Shown piece by piece: positions 37,386 through 50,196 of a stretch of 64,000 bases of DNA (within the stretch, counting starts at the first letter, position 1; each line of letters begins with the position of its first letter). Origin of the DNA: Octopus sinensis (taxonomy: Eukaryota). The position numbers were made by a program, and so were the translations under genes. The DNA lies in the NCBI RefSeq assembly GCF_006345805.1, contig NC_043006.1, positions 103,168,001 through 103,232,000 on the forward strand, in the 5' to 3' direction. Under the pieces are notes generated by a model that had not been told where the DNA came from, ran no database searches, and worked only from the letters and a program-made list of their open reading frames with translations.

Positions 37386-37620
37386 ATTTATTTACTACCC
37401 ACAAGGGGCTAAACACAGAGGGGACAAACAAGGACAGACAAACGGATTAAGTCGATAATATCGACCCCAGTGCGTAACTGGTACTTAATTTATCGACCCC
37501 GAAAGGATGAAAAGCAAAGTCGATATCGGCGGAATTTGAACTCAGAACGTAGCGACAGACGAAATACGGCTACGCATTTTCGTCCGGCGTACTACCGCTT
37601 CTGCCAGCTCACCGCCTTAG
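37386..37620 (-). mobile_element. Family-B SINE, full length
   Basis: Reverse complement of aaggcggtgagctggcagaagcg...gttctgagttcaaattccgccg...ttagccccttgtgggtagtaaa. Confidence 0.9.
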
Positions 37621-38064
37621 GGGGTCTCAGATATATTAAGTTATATAGTCAATGTAGTGAACATAAATAAAAGAAAGGTTAATTAAAAATATATATGCGG
37701 TAAAAAGTGATATTAGCGCAATGATTCACGTTATCTTAATTATTCCAGCAAGTACGTGACACAATTCTGGGTATATTTAACTTCCTCAGCGAAGCTTTCA
37801 CTTCAACGTAAGTAGCGGTACGAGAGTGACTGAGTAGATATATACTTGAACAACTGTGAATAATTAGCATATCTTTCAATAATAAGTACTGAAAGTAATT
37901 ATTCAAGGGCACCATCCACATGAAAAGCTTAGAAATAATTATGTGGTGAGGAAAAGATGCTTTCGTCTCAATGACTAATATAAAAACAGTGAGGTATTAT
38001 TTATCGCCACTTTAACGTAGATATTCTGTTAGAATAAAAAATTATTCTTTTCGGTTTGAACGGC

Positions 38065-38480
38065 AGTTTTTCTAGCGGTGTGATATGAAATTGTCACCCA
38101 TAATTATGACCCTAGTATCGATCTATTGCATTTCAATCTGTTTTAGGGTTAGGGTTAGAGTTGGGGTTAGGGGTGGGGGGAAGGGTATCTTTTTTTCTTC
38201 ACAAATGTAAATAAACACAATCTGTTTCTTAGAAGAGGGACATATTCATACGGCACAGAATGCTTTTTAAATAAACGGACATCTCTTTCTCTTGGCTTTA
38301 TTGAGAAAATTCTATAGTTTGTAACATATTTGTTGTTTTTTTCTTCAATTTCTGCAATTTCAACCAATCACTGACTTCTATTGAGGTAAAAAAAAACATT
38401 CTGTGCCGTATGAATATGTCCCTCGTTTAAGAAACAGATTATGGGTGACAATTTCATATGTCACCGCTAGAAAAAAACTG
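38065..38480. mobile_element. MITE-like fold-back element with nested inverted repeats and a telomere-like patch
   Basis: Outer IR 38065-38100 / 38441-38479; inner IR 38219-38262 / 38397-38440; (TTAGGG)-like repeats at 38143-38172. Confidence 0.8.
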
Positions 38481-38719
38481 TCATCACCAACGCCGCTACC
38501 GCCGCCGATCACCACCACCACCACCACAACCACCACCACCACCCACAACAACAACAACAACAACGCACTGTGCCGCAAACACCACCACCAAAATCACGAC
38601 CTGCACCACCACTACAACCACCAGTACAACCACCACCATAACAACAACTGCCAACACCACTAAAAAGATCTTCTTTTTCTTCTTCTTCTTCTTCTTCTTT
38701 TTCTACTACTACTACTACT

Positions 38720-38761
<42 letters not shown>

Positions 38762-39029
38762 ACAAACCAACCATTATAAGCTGTATCTGCAAACACCTGC
38801 TCAACAAATACTTCGACTGACTGTAAATGCATTGTCCCAGTTTTGTTACTTCAAATTGCTGCTGAGTGGACGGCGTTGGTTCTGCTGTTTTGTAAACGAT
38901 AAATCAGGGCAAGGAGAAGGTCAACGTAACTATAACAACCACATTACACACACACACATGCATACACACATATGCATACACACACAGACGCCCACGAGCG
39001 CACACACAGCACACATACACACACACCAC

Positions 39030-39230
39030 ACACACACACACACACATACACACGTATCGCACTATGAAACTCGTAACAGGAAATGCCATATCAACAAATG
39101 CATTCATACAGCCGCCGTATGTATACACACTCACACACACACATATATATGCATACGTACACACACACACACACATATATATATATAATATATATATATG
39201 TTTATATGTATATATGTTTATATGTTTATA

Positions 39231-39274
<44 letters not shown>

Positions 39275-39288
39275 ATATATATACACAC

Positions 39289-39321
<33 letters not shown>

Positions 39322-39830
39322 GATATATAGATATATTTATACATATGTATATATACATATAGATATGTATATATATATATATATATATATAATAATATAT
39401 ATATATATACATACATGTATATACATATGTATATACATATAGATATGTATATACATATACATATATGTATACGCACACACACACATAGTCATGCACAGAA
39501 TCAGACAGGCATTCAAGCGAGTATGTGCGTGCATATCTACAGCATAGACCCACGCATATTCATACATACTTGCGTTTGTATGCGATGATGCAGACGCTTG
39601 TGCATATAGACACGCACATTATATAGACACATGCGTATATAGTTACATATAGTTACATATCTGAACGCAATTATGCCTAGATATACATGTCCAAACACAC
39701 ACACAACACACACACACATACACACGTATCGCACTATGAAACTCGTAACAGGAAATGCCATATCAACAAATGCATTCATACAGCCGCCGTATGTATACAC
39801 ACTCACACACACACATATATATGCATACGT

Positions 39831-39861
<31 letters not shown>

Positions 39862-39904
39862 ATATATATATATGTTTATATGTATATATGTTTATATGTT
39901 TATA

Positions 39905-39996
<92 letters not shown>

Positions 39997-40378
39997 GATA
40001 TATAGATATATTTATACATATGTATATATACATATAGATATGTATATATATATTATATATAATATATATATATATATACATACATGTATATACATATGTA
40101 TATACATATAGATATGTATATACATATACATATATGTATACGCACACACACACATAGTCATGCACAGAATCAGACAGGCATTCAAGCGAGTATGTGCGTG
40201 CATATCTACAGCATAGACCCACGCATATTCATACATACTTGCGTTTGTATGCGATGATGCAGACGCTTGTGCATATAGACACGCACATTATATAGACACA
40301 TGCGTATATAGTTACATATAGTTACATATCTGAACGCAATTATGCCTAGATATACATGTCCAAACACACACACACACA
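39030..40378 (+). repeat. ~672-bp direct tandem duplication of microsatellite-rich DNA
   Basis: cacgtatcgcactatgaaactcgtaacagg at 39051 and 39723. The unique segments are essentially identical; differences lie mainly in TA/CA tract lengths. Confidence 0.93.
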
Positions 40379-41709
40379 GGTACACACTCATCTACATTCA
40401 CATACACACATATACATATGTGTGTGCACCTGCATGTTTGTGTGTGTGCGTGTGTGTGTGAGTGAGTGTGTGTGTGTGTGTGTGTGTGCGTGCATACACG
40501 AAAGCAAAACATATACATACACAACGACACAACATACAAGTGTAAACAATTAAATATTCATCTTTGATAGATATTACTGGAGTATAGCATTTATCAATCA
40601 TTTTATTTACTCTCTCCACCATTCGATAAACCTACGTAGCTCTAACAATCTATTCTACCCATTATAAATACGATATGTTTGGAAATAAATAATTCAAAAA
40701 ATACTCAGTTTTATAGGAAAGAAGTATTCGATAAATGAACTATTAAAATTACCGCTTCTCTCTGATAGCGAATCCCTATAATATATATTTATTAGTAACA
40801 TATTGTTATTATGCACACTATTATGGTCCTTGCCTATTTTATTTTGACAGAACAAAATAAGAGAAAACATGTTTAAATGCCTCCCATTGAAGCATCTGTT
40901 TTAAACTATGAATAAACGTTTTAAAGACCATTGTTCTTATTTCCCTCTTAAAATAATCATTTTGACGTAGCGTAATAAAAAAGAGTGTTATGTTTCTCTA
41001 ATAAACTCTGCGATTATATATGTTTTTTAAAGAGCGATTTTCTTTTAAAATAGTTATTGCGAGAAAGCATAATAAAAAGAAAAATATGTTACTGTATGTT
41101 TCTACAGTAAAGCCATTTTAAAACTCTAAATAATGTTTCATAATCTAGAATTTCATATTTCACTCGAAAATATTATAAAAATTCGGTGATCTGAGTGAAT
41201 GGAATTTCAAGATTTCAGTATTCTAGTTGCTAGGAAATTATAAATCGTCCTTCTCGTGTTCAGCCTGATGATCTAGAACGAAATATATACATCATTTTTG
41301 CATACACTACCACTACTCATAATTTCCTTTTGTCTTACAATATCTCTTTTCTTCGCCTCTACAGTAATTTTTAAAAATTAATTATTGTCTTCCGTACATT
41401 GAAAATTTGAAAATGAATGTTTGTATGTGTATACTGGAATAGAACAACTGATGTAACCATAATATTCTGTTGATCTGAAGGGCTAGGCTTCTATATCTGC
41501 ATTCGTTTGTAAGATGTACAATAATATTATGAAAATTATAGCATACAAACTGGTGAAGGCATGTAAATTTATCATACAGTAAAATTAGATTATCTTTTCA
41601 TGATGTTGGCTGCGAAACACCCTTTGGATATATATAGTTGAAAATAGATATATTTATCTCATACCTCTCCACTTACTTCATATTTTACCCCTCACTTTCT
41701 CTCACTCAC

Positions 41710-41762
<53 letters not shown>

Positions 41763-42699
41763 TGTGTATGTATGTATATGTGCCTGTGCGTGTGTGTATG
41801 AGTATGCGTATATGTTTGTATGTATGTGCATGTATTTATTTCTGTCTTTGTGTTTATTCCCACCACTTCTTGAAAACCGGTCACACACCAATTTGGCGAA
41901 AAGGAAAGACAGACTTAAATGAAAAATAAAATAACATCAAGCACTGGGTCTCTTTGTTTCAGTGCCCTACATGGATGCAGTCCAATAGCTGATACAAATA
42001 AAAGAGAGATCATACAGAGATACATACAGAATTATGTTGTGCCTAATATAATATTTGATAATCTTTCACCGCCAAAGTTATAAACCTCTACAGAAAGGAC
42101 ATCTTTACCAGCAACTTTTTCACGAATGAATTGCTTAATCTGTCTGTGGTTGGTAGTTTGTATTCGCTGAATATTTTCACTCTATGTAGGTTCGACTTAA
42201 GATTTTCTGTTTAGCAGCTCATCGAAATTTTCCTTCCCTCTCTTAGATATGATTTCTCTGCACACAAGCAGAACACTTTCTTTCTTAGACCTAAGAGGGA
42301 CCATCATCGTAGATATCGGTCCAAAGGATTACTTCATCAAACTATAAAGCACTATTTTTTTTTCGTATTAGCTGCTATTTTTATGATAGTCGCCAGTCTT
42401 GATCACCAGTGGATCCGCATAGCTCACAGAGTGCGTTGAACTGTGAATCATGCACACTTGAAATTTTCTTGCAGCTGAAGACGCCTTTTCTTTGAAATCG
42501 TTTCTTGCAACTTTTACGAAGTATATAATTTTTCTCTGGAAGCACTGTTTTTAGGGTTTAGTCGCTTTCATCAAGCCAGTCTCCACTATTTGCTGGAGTT
42601 GTACCAAGAATTTCCTGCGCTGCGTAATAAGGGTCATCTCTAACAGTGTCGTCTGACAATGTGCCATTTATTACTCTAGAGCACACGTGGCGAATGGAG

Positions 42700-43750
42700 T
42701 TTTCAAACACCCAAACGGCTTCAGAATTCCTATTATAATTTCTGTCGACCGGTGTTATTATCAATCATCTCTCGTCTGGTTCTTATCAAAGCATGGTCAG
42801 TCCAGGGTTCAGTGCTACATAAAGAACGGACATTGCGGACGTACAGCATATCTTACATGCGGAAAATCACATAGTAAATTAAATGCCACAGGCAGGAACC
42901 TGGATCCATCCAAGTTATGACATGATCACGTTTTCATTCGGATTGTGTGCTTGAGATATGCAGGCAAAACTCAGAACATAACTCCAGCGGAAGTAAACCA
43001 TTATAGAAGACTTCTTCGACACTATAACTTCCCAAGCAGCTTCAAGTGTCTCATTCGATTCTAACTTGAGCATAAAAGTGTCTCACATTAATAAGTTTAT
43101 CACTATCAGGAATATATCGTAATAAGTATTTTATGAAGTCTTAAACAACCACTTTTGATAACTTTATCACAAGCAAGTGTAGGAACATACACACTGATGC
43201 ATATCGTCCAATGCATAGGAGCAGTCACGGTGTCAACAATCATTCACCAACACCAACACCACGGGGGTATTCTGTTTACCTGTGAACTAAGTCTGTGCGG
43301 ATCACGAAACTTACACCTGCGTCTTTATTATCTTGATCTTTCCGTCTTTTCCGAAAGAAATTGTCCTCTACCACCACCACCACCACCACCACCACCACCT
43401 TCATCACCGCCACCACTACCACCACCGCCACCACCACCACCACCACCACCACCACCACCACCACCACTACCACCGCCACCACCACCACCACCACCAACAC
43501 CGTCACCACTACCACCACCGTCACCACCGTCACCACCGCCACCACCACCACCACCGCCACCACCACCACCACCACAGCACACTTGCAGCTGTCTGCTCTC
43601 AGGAAGATGATTCTTCGAAATAATGATATCAATGGTGTAACTTGGTAGTTCCGAAGATACTAATGTAGTTCTACGTTTCAGGGACGATTCATTTAGATTA
43701 TCAACAAGTGTTCGCACATTTCGGAATGGTATGTTTAATTTGAATCTAGG
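42700..43750 (-). mobile_element. RTE-clade LINE APE-endonuclease remnant, split by a (CAC)n expansion
   Basis: N-terminus FRNVRTLVD...KRRTTLVSSELPSYTIDI...HLPESRQL (cf. WNVRTL...ERRTALI..EL..Y.IDI) and C-terminus RNVRSLCSTEPWTDHALIRTR (cf. SDH motif) near 42780-42840. Confidence 0.75.
43370..43575 (+). repeat. (CAC)n microsatellite
   Basis: Near-pure ACC repeats. Confidence 0.95.
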
Positions 43751-43946
43751 TTTATACATACATACATGCATACACACATACATACACGTCCATCCATCCA
43801 ACCAGCTATCTCCCTCTCTCTTTCTCTCTCTCTCTGACTCTCCTTCTCTTTCTCTCTCTCTCTCCCTCTCTCTCTCTCTCTCTTTGTATACATATATATA
43901 GGTATGTCTACGTTCCAGTGTACAGGGAGGAGTTAAGAATCAATGT

Positions 43947-43989
<43 letters not shown>

Positions 43990-44437
43990 CATATACATAC
44001 ATGTGCACGAGTGTATATGTGTTTGTGTGCGAGTATGCCTATGTGTCTGAGTGCATATAAGTATATGTGTATTACTATTTCACGAAATACACAAACATAC
44101 GTGTTAAAATCCAATTAACCATTAATGAGTTGTTAGGACGTAATAGCATTTGAAACTCAAGTGTTGAAATAGGAGATTAGCTGACCCTTTCTTCATTAAC
44201 AAGCAATATATCAGCCACATTGCTATTACCTTAATATTTTAGTTTCACGTAACAAAACCATCAGGGAATGCCTACAACAAATAATAATTTACCACTAACT
44301 TATCCAAGTCCATAATGTTGGCACATTTGAGTTTCATACCCCAAGCTGATGCATTTTAAATTATGGAAATGCTAGTTAAAAAATATTACTCTTAATTTAT
44401 TTCCAATATTCATTATTATTATTGTTATTATTTTTTC

Positions 44438-44708
44438 AAGGCGGCGAGCTGGCAGAGAGTGTTAGCACGCTGGGTAAAATGCTTAGCTGCATTTCGTCCG
44501 TTTTTACGTTCTGACTTCAAATTCCGTCGAGGTTGACTTTGCCTTTCATCCTTTCGGGGTCGATAGAATAAGTACCAGTTGAACAATGAGCCCAATCTAA
44601 TCGACTATCGCCATCCCCCAAATTCCAAGCCTTGTGTCTTTAGGAGAAAGGATTATTTTAAGCTGGTGAGCTGGCAGAAACGTTAGTACACCAGGCAAAA
44701 TGCGGCCA
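44438..44708 (+). mobile_element. Family-B SINE followed by a second truncated head (44661-44708)
   Basis: aaggcggcgagctggcagagagtgttagcacgc...; second head aagctggtgagctggcagaaacgttagtacacc. Confidence 0.88.
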
Positions 44709-44844
44709 AAATATGAAATCAATATTCGTTTATTATTTTACTTGCGACAGCAAAGGGATTTTCCTAACTGTTGGTGTAAAACGAGCTTCTGAACCATACT
44801 GCCATGCTTGTATACATGAATATATTCTGTTATTCGTTTATTCT

Positions 44845-44910
44845 TTTACTTATTTCAGTCATTTCACTGCGGTCATGCTGGAGCACTCCCTTGAATTTAG
44901 GCTAATCAAC
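44845..44910 (-). mobile_element. Family-A SINE 3' tail fragment
   Basis: ttcttttacttatttcagtcatttcactgcggtcatgctggagcac. Confidence 0.75.
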
Positions 44911-45410
44911 CAGAAGGAAACTGCGCTTGGTAAACTTGGCAAAGCTTGCGTGGGTGGCGCTTCTTCAGCAATTCTCTATGAGTCAGACGATAAACGCTCT
45001 ATAGGCAGAGGAGCATTTGTATAGTCTTATTTACTATTATTTTTTTTTTTAATGTGCGTCATTTAAATGCCATGTCGCGCATTTAGCACCGGAGGTAGTG
45101 AGAACATAATGAAAGTATACAACTGTTTATGCATTCGGCTTTCTATATAAAAATGATATGCAGAACCAATTGAAAGAGAGAGGAGAAACAGGTGTTTATT
45201 AAACTGAGCTGTTCACTCATACACCTAACAATGTAAAGAGCCTCGCAAAATTTGGATTGGATTGGAAGTAACAGGGGAGCATGGATTTAGTTATACACAT
45301 TTTCTTCGTTTTTTTTTATGCCTAGTTCACCGGTGTAGATTTTGTCATTAAACTTCCCGTATTTAAATGAATATATATCATTAAATATTGATTTATATTT
45401 TTCTTATTAT

Positions 45411-45450
<40 letters not shown>

Positions 45451-45472
45451 TTTTGTTTTTGTTTTGTTTTTC

Positions 45473-45668
45473 CAGTTTCAGCTCTTGAGCTGTGGCCATG
45501 CTGGGGCACCGCCATTGTGGTGAAAGAGTACAGCAGGGATCACCACCCCCTGCCGGAGCCTCGTAGAGCTTTTAGGTGTTTTCGCTCAATAAACACACAC
45601 AACGCCCAGTCTGAGAATCGAAACCGCGATCCTGCGACCGCGAGTCCGCTGCCCTAACCACTAGGCCA
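45473..45668 (-). mobile_element. Family-E tRNA-derived SINE with an A-type tail
   Basis: Minus: atggcctagtggttagggcagcggactcgcggtcgcaggatcgcggtttcgattc (A/B boxes) ... ggcggtgccccagcatggccacagctcaagagctgaaac. Confidence 0.85.
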
Positions 45669-45716
45669 TATATATATATATTTATATATATATACTTTAT
45701 GCGAGATAGAACACTG

Positions 45717-46290
45717 TGTAGTTGTTTTGATGAAACCTGCTGTAGTTGTTTTGATGAAACCGTCATACGTTACCTCCCCGGACGCCGGAGACAAAATAGA
45801 AAAGGCGTTGCTTCGGACGACCGCAAGGGATATGAGAAACAGTTTACTCTGTCTCATACGGACAACGATCTACCCAATTCAGCGATGAGTGGGGATATGG
45901 TTATGGTGCAAGAACGCCGGTGGTCTCGACTGTCATAGGCTGGACCATAAACCTGTCGGAGAGTGACCGATACTGCTTTTCTCCACTCGAGCTGACTGCA
46001 CCAAGCTGCTGCCGGAGAAGATGTCACACCATGTAGCGTCCTAAATGAGGAGCCTGTCTTTACGGAACGGGAAAATTGTCATGTATTCCGACCTGTTACT
46101 GTCCCCTCTGTCAAGCCCCGCTGGATCAAGCCGAGGAAGGGAAGCCTGTGGTTTCTAGGCCATGCTTAATGAATTTGTTAAGGGTGACATGGCGTGAAAG
46201 GCCACCAGCACAATGACGGCCTGGCCGTGGGAGGAGGCCGAAAGGATCTACAGGGGAACCGCAGTATCCGACGCCAGGCAAAATTGTCAC
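45717..46290 (-). mobile_element. CRE-clade (RLE-type) non-LTR retrotransposon 3' remnant
   Basis: Frameshifted minus translation gives AGLDRGDSNRSEYMTIFPFRKDRLLI*DATW (cf. GLDRGDGKRPDGMT.FPF..G..L.WDATC), YRSLSDRFMVQPMTVETTGVL and LISLAVVRSNAFSIL. It ends in two 24-bp direct repeats (45717, 45741). Confidence 0.75.
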
Positions 46291-47211
46291 AATTTTTACG
46301 ATAGGTTAGATGATGTATAATCTAAAGAAATAAGAAGAGAAAAAAATATAAACGCCGCCAGTACCTCACCGTTTCATTGGTAATCACACGCCACTTTCAA
46401 GCATATTCCTGTATTGATATAATATTTTGCAGTCAGGAGTGACGAACAGCTAAACAGTAGCAACAGCAGATTGTATTAAGCCATTAAGGGTGTCTCTCTG
46501 AGTTCGCTGTTTTATCTTTGAAAAAGTTGGCAAATTTATCTCATATAACAAACTATATTTATGCTAAAGTCCCGAAGTTCATGCATAACCACTTATCTTC
46601 TTTTGGGATGACAGAGAACAGGGTTGATAAAATGACGCGAAATCCTCACCTCACAGCCTGTAACTCAGCAGACATTAAGTCTCTTTACTTAAAAATGTCT
46701 GATCCTAGACATAAACTTCATCATAAAACCAAAACCAGATGTAAAAAAATCGATAGAAATATAATGACCGATGGCGACATGAGTAAATACAATTGTTACT
46801 AGGAGTAACGTCAATAATTACATAGTTGCATTATGATGATCTCTTTCTCTCTGTCTCTGTGTCTCTCCCTCTCTTTATGTAATGTGTCCATGCACTTGTG
46901 TGGGCGTACGTGTGTGGGTGGATGGATCTGTGGGTGCATACAGAACTGTACCAGTGAGTATGCCTGTGCTAGAATGTGTTTTTATGTATTTATTGATATT
47001 CTGCTTTAAAATTTGTAGCGGAATATATGGATTCATAAAATCTTGCAGCTATCACAGAAAGCTCTTCTAGTGGACCCAGCTATCATATCACATAGTAATC
47101 CCATACACAGGATTATAATCCATATTATCTAGAGTTCTATGCAGCTGAAGTACAAGAGATTCGAGGAATTAAATTATTTCATGTGGAGTACATAAACGAT
47201 AAATAGTCATA

Positions 47212-47488
47212 GGCGTAGGAGTGGCTGTGTGGTAAGTAGCTTGCTTACCAACCACATGGTTCCGGGTTCAGTCCCACTGCATGGTACCTTGGGCAAGTGT
47301 CTTCTACTATAGCCTCGGGCCGACCAAAGCCTTGTAAGTGGATTTGGCAGACGGAAACTGAAAGAAGCCCATTGTATATATATATATATACAAAGAATAA
47401 GTCCTGTGGTCGATTTGCTCGACTAAAGGCGGTGCACGAGCATGGCCACAGTCAAATGACTGAAACAAGTAAAAGAGTAAAAGAGTAA
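47212..47488 (+). mobile_element. Family-A SINE lacking the middle segment
   Basis: Full head; after the internal (TA)n it jumps to caaagaataagtcc...tgactgaaacaagtaaaagag. Confidence 0.92.
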
Positions 47489-47859
47489 ATAGTCAGGAAG
47501 TATGAGAGGTAAATATATTTATTTAACCACTTCTTATACTTAGAATTATAGCCATTCGCAGTCATTACTATGTAATAATGATTTCAGAGTATAAATTATT
47601 CTATTTATTTGCTCCAATATGCATGCTACGCATTGTACTATGCAGTTGTCCATTGTCATATCATTGCAGACAAAGAAGATCAGCCCATCAGATCACTGGA
47701 ACATTATTGCGTAAGGGATTGAGTATTCTTTCCTACTTCATGAAATTCTTTTGTGTAGGTTTGTATCTGGTCGAGTTTGTTGAATAGAATTGAGAGCGTG
47801 GAGCAGATTTCTTTCAGCTTTTAGAAACTCTAGGTTCAACGTGTTGTCGTTTTAGTCGG

Positions 47860-48980
47860 GATTTTTAGGCTAAAAATATTACTCCAACTTATGCCAATTC
47901 AGTCGTGAGGTCCAGATATATGAACATTGTAAGCTAAAATACTGCTTAGATTTTGATATATATTTACTAGAAAACTGGAAACTGGATGCAAACATTTGAA
48001 CAGATTATTCACATGAAAAACCAAATTAAATGTATAAGCAAAAGTATTAACTTCACCATGGAATACAATAAAACTCAACGACCGTTCCTGGACATTCTAA
48101 TCATCAAAACAAACACACGCATTGAAACAGATAGTCATTACAAGAAACAGATTCTAAACAATACCTACTGTTTACATTTCATCCCAAACACACGAAGATT
48201 TAATTTAAACTAACAAGAATAATTGTTTCAATTTGCAAAATTCGGATTAAAGAATCCAGGAATTAAAACAAATACTACTCGAAATATAATATGCATCAAT
48301 GTTAATAGAGTGTGTCAAATAGAATGTGCCAAAGCAATTCAAGAACTACGAAAAACACAAACATTTCAGAAACACCCAAAACTGTACCCTATATTACAAC
48401 ACATGATCCCCAAAGTACAGGAGTTTGCAACATTATCCACCAGAAGTCACCACTAATAAGACAAGCCCTAAGCACGCATTCGAAATACACGAAATAATCA
48501 AAAGCGCAAGAGAATCAATATCACCCAAAATACTACTCACCAGCGCTAAATTACCACAAACCTAACGCCAATAGCCAATAGGCGTGGCCGCCGTAATCGT
48601 GGGACCTTCATCAACCTCCTTGCAAAGAAAGCATGTAAATTTAAATGACGTTTTTTACCATAAAAATTCATTTTACCTGTTCGTCAAAGGTTTTGATGTA
48701 TGATATTAAATGTAAAAGATGTAATGAGAATGACAGAGGTCAGACACAACTTACTCTCAGAAATAGACAGGCTATTCATAGTCAATAAATATGAGACCCC
48801 AGTGCCACATGGGAAAAAATTGAGTCCTTCAAATTCCAAGTCTTGCCACTTTGTTTTTGTTCAGTCAATATCACAGATCAAACACAAGTAAAGGAAGGAA
48901 ATATATTCATAGAAAAATGCAAACCACAAGTGAATAAATTCTAACAAAGTACTTTCACTAAGAGCTACAAAGACGAACTC
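47860..48980 (+). mobile_element. Penelope-like element (RT thumb + GIY-YIG) remnant
   Basis: TPTYAN, INFTMEY..QRPFLDILIIK....IETD, DSKQYLLF..HPKHT, and GQTQLTLRNRQAIHSQ (48738; GIY-YIG second block); many stops and frameshifts. Confidence 0.75.
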
Positions 48981-49786
48981 ATTCTTCCACTAAACATTAT
49001 AGATTTACACAGCCAATACACTAAACTTTGGACACAATCATGACTTTTCTCGTTCGAATTTATAAGAGAACAAAAATTTATGCCTCTATACATATAGCAA
49101 ATCACAACCATTCAGCTACTGAATTACATACAAACATATCCTGTCCACTGTAACACTTGATGGAATAAATTTAGATCGTTAAGCCTGTCATTAGACATGC
49201 TCACTTAATCGCATCAGTCTTAACCTACAGTACAAAAAATATTGACACATGGTAATAACGTACGGACATAACGGGTAACTTACATACATTTCTAAGTTTA
49301 ATTACTTGAGCATCCTCTGCCAATTAAATTTGTTCTTAAACAGATACTAATTCCAGCTATGCTCTCTCAATGTAAAAAAAAAAAGAATTTTCAAAATCCA
49401 GTCAAAAGCAAGGCAGTTGCAGCGTAGCCTCACGTCTCTCTATCTCCCTTAACTATTGAGAACCCCCCCAAAAGTCTGTAAAACCGCCTAAGCCTTTCAA
49501 ACTAATCTCCCTGTGCACTTTCAACTTCCTTTTTTCTTTTATATTTCTACCTGTTTAGTGTGTGTGTGTATATATATAAATCTCGGTGGCTCACCAGCAG
49601 CGATAAATTAGGGGACTCAATACAAAGGGCATAGTATGTTTTAATAAATCATAACTGAAAGATTCCAATCTCCATTACTTAGAGTTGCTTGTTTCCGATT
49701 ATTAGCCGGTAAGCTGAGCCTGGTATTCTTTTCAATATCCACTGTCATATATGCTTATATACATATACTCACATATAGATACCCTC

Positions 49787-50196
49787 AGGAGTGGCTGTGT
49801 GGTAAGTAGCTTGCTTATCAACCACATGGTTCCGGGTTCATTCCTACTGCGTGGCACCTTAGGCAAGTGTCTTCTACTATAGCCTCGGGCCGACCAAAGC
49901 CTTGTGAATGGATTTGGTAGATGGAAACTGAAAGAAGCCTGCCGTATATATGTATGTATATATATATATATGTACATGTTTGTATGTCTGTGTTTGTCCC
50001 CCCAACATCGCTTGACAACCGAAGGTGGTGTGTTTACGTCCCTGTAACTTAGCGGTTCGGCAAAAGATACCGATAGAATAAGTACTAGGCTTACAAAGAA
50101 TAAGTCCTGGGGTCGATTTGCTCGACTAAAGGCAGTGCTCCAGCATGGCCACAGTCAAATGACTGAAACAAGTAAAAGAGTAAAAGAGTAAAGAGT
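49787..50196 (+). mobile_element. Family-A SINE, full length
   Basis: aggagtggctgtgtggtaagtagcttgc...ggttccgggttca...(TA)n...acttagcggttcggcaaaag...cagcatggccacagtcaaatgactgaaacaag(taaaagag)n. Confidence 0.95.

Noticed and set aside
38143-38172. True telomere or chromosome-fusion scar
   Set aside because: Only about four degenerate units, lying inside an inverted-repeat element.
41258-41295. CTGATGA...GAAA hammerhead-like spacing
   Set aside because: Neither stem I nor stem II pairs convincingly.
49355-49410. Possible eroded hammerhead downstream of the Penelope ORF
   Set aside because: The position is suggestive, but the core nucleotides are not present in this copy.
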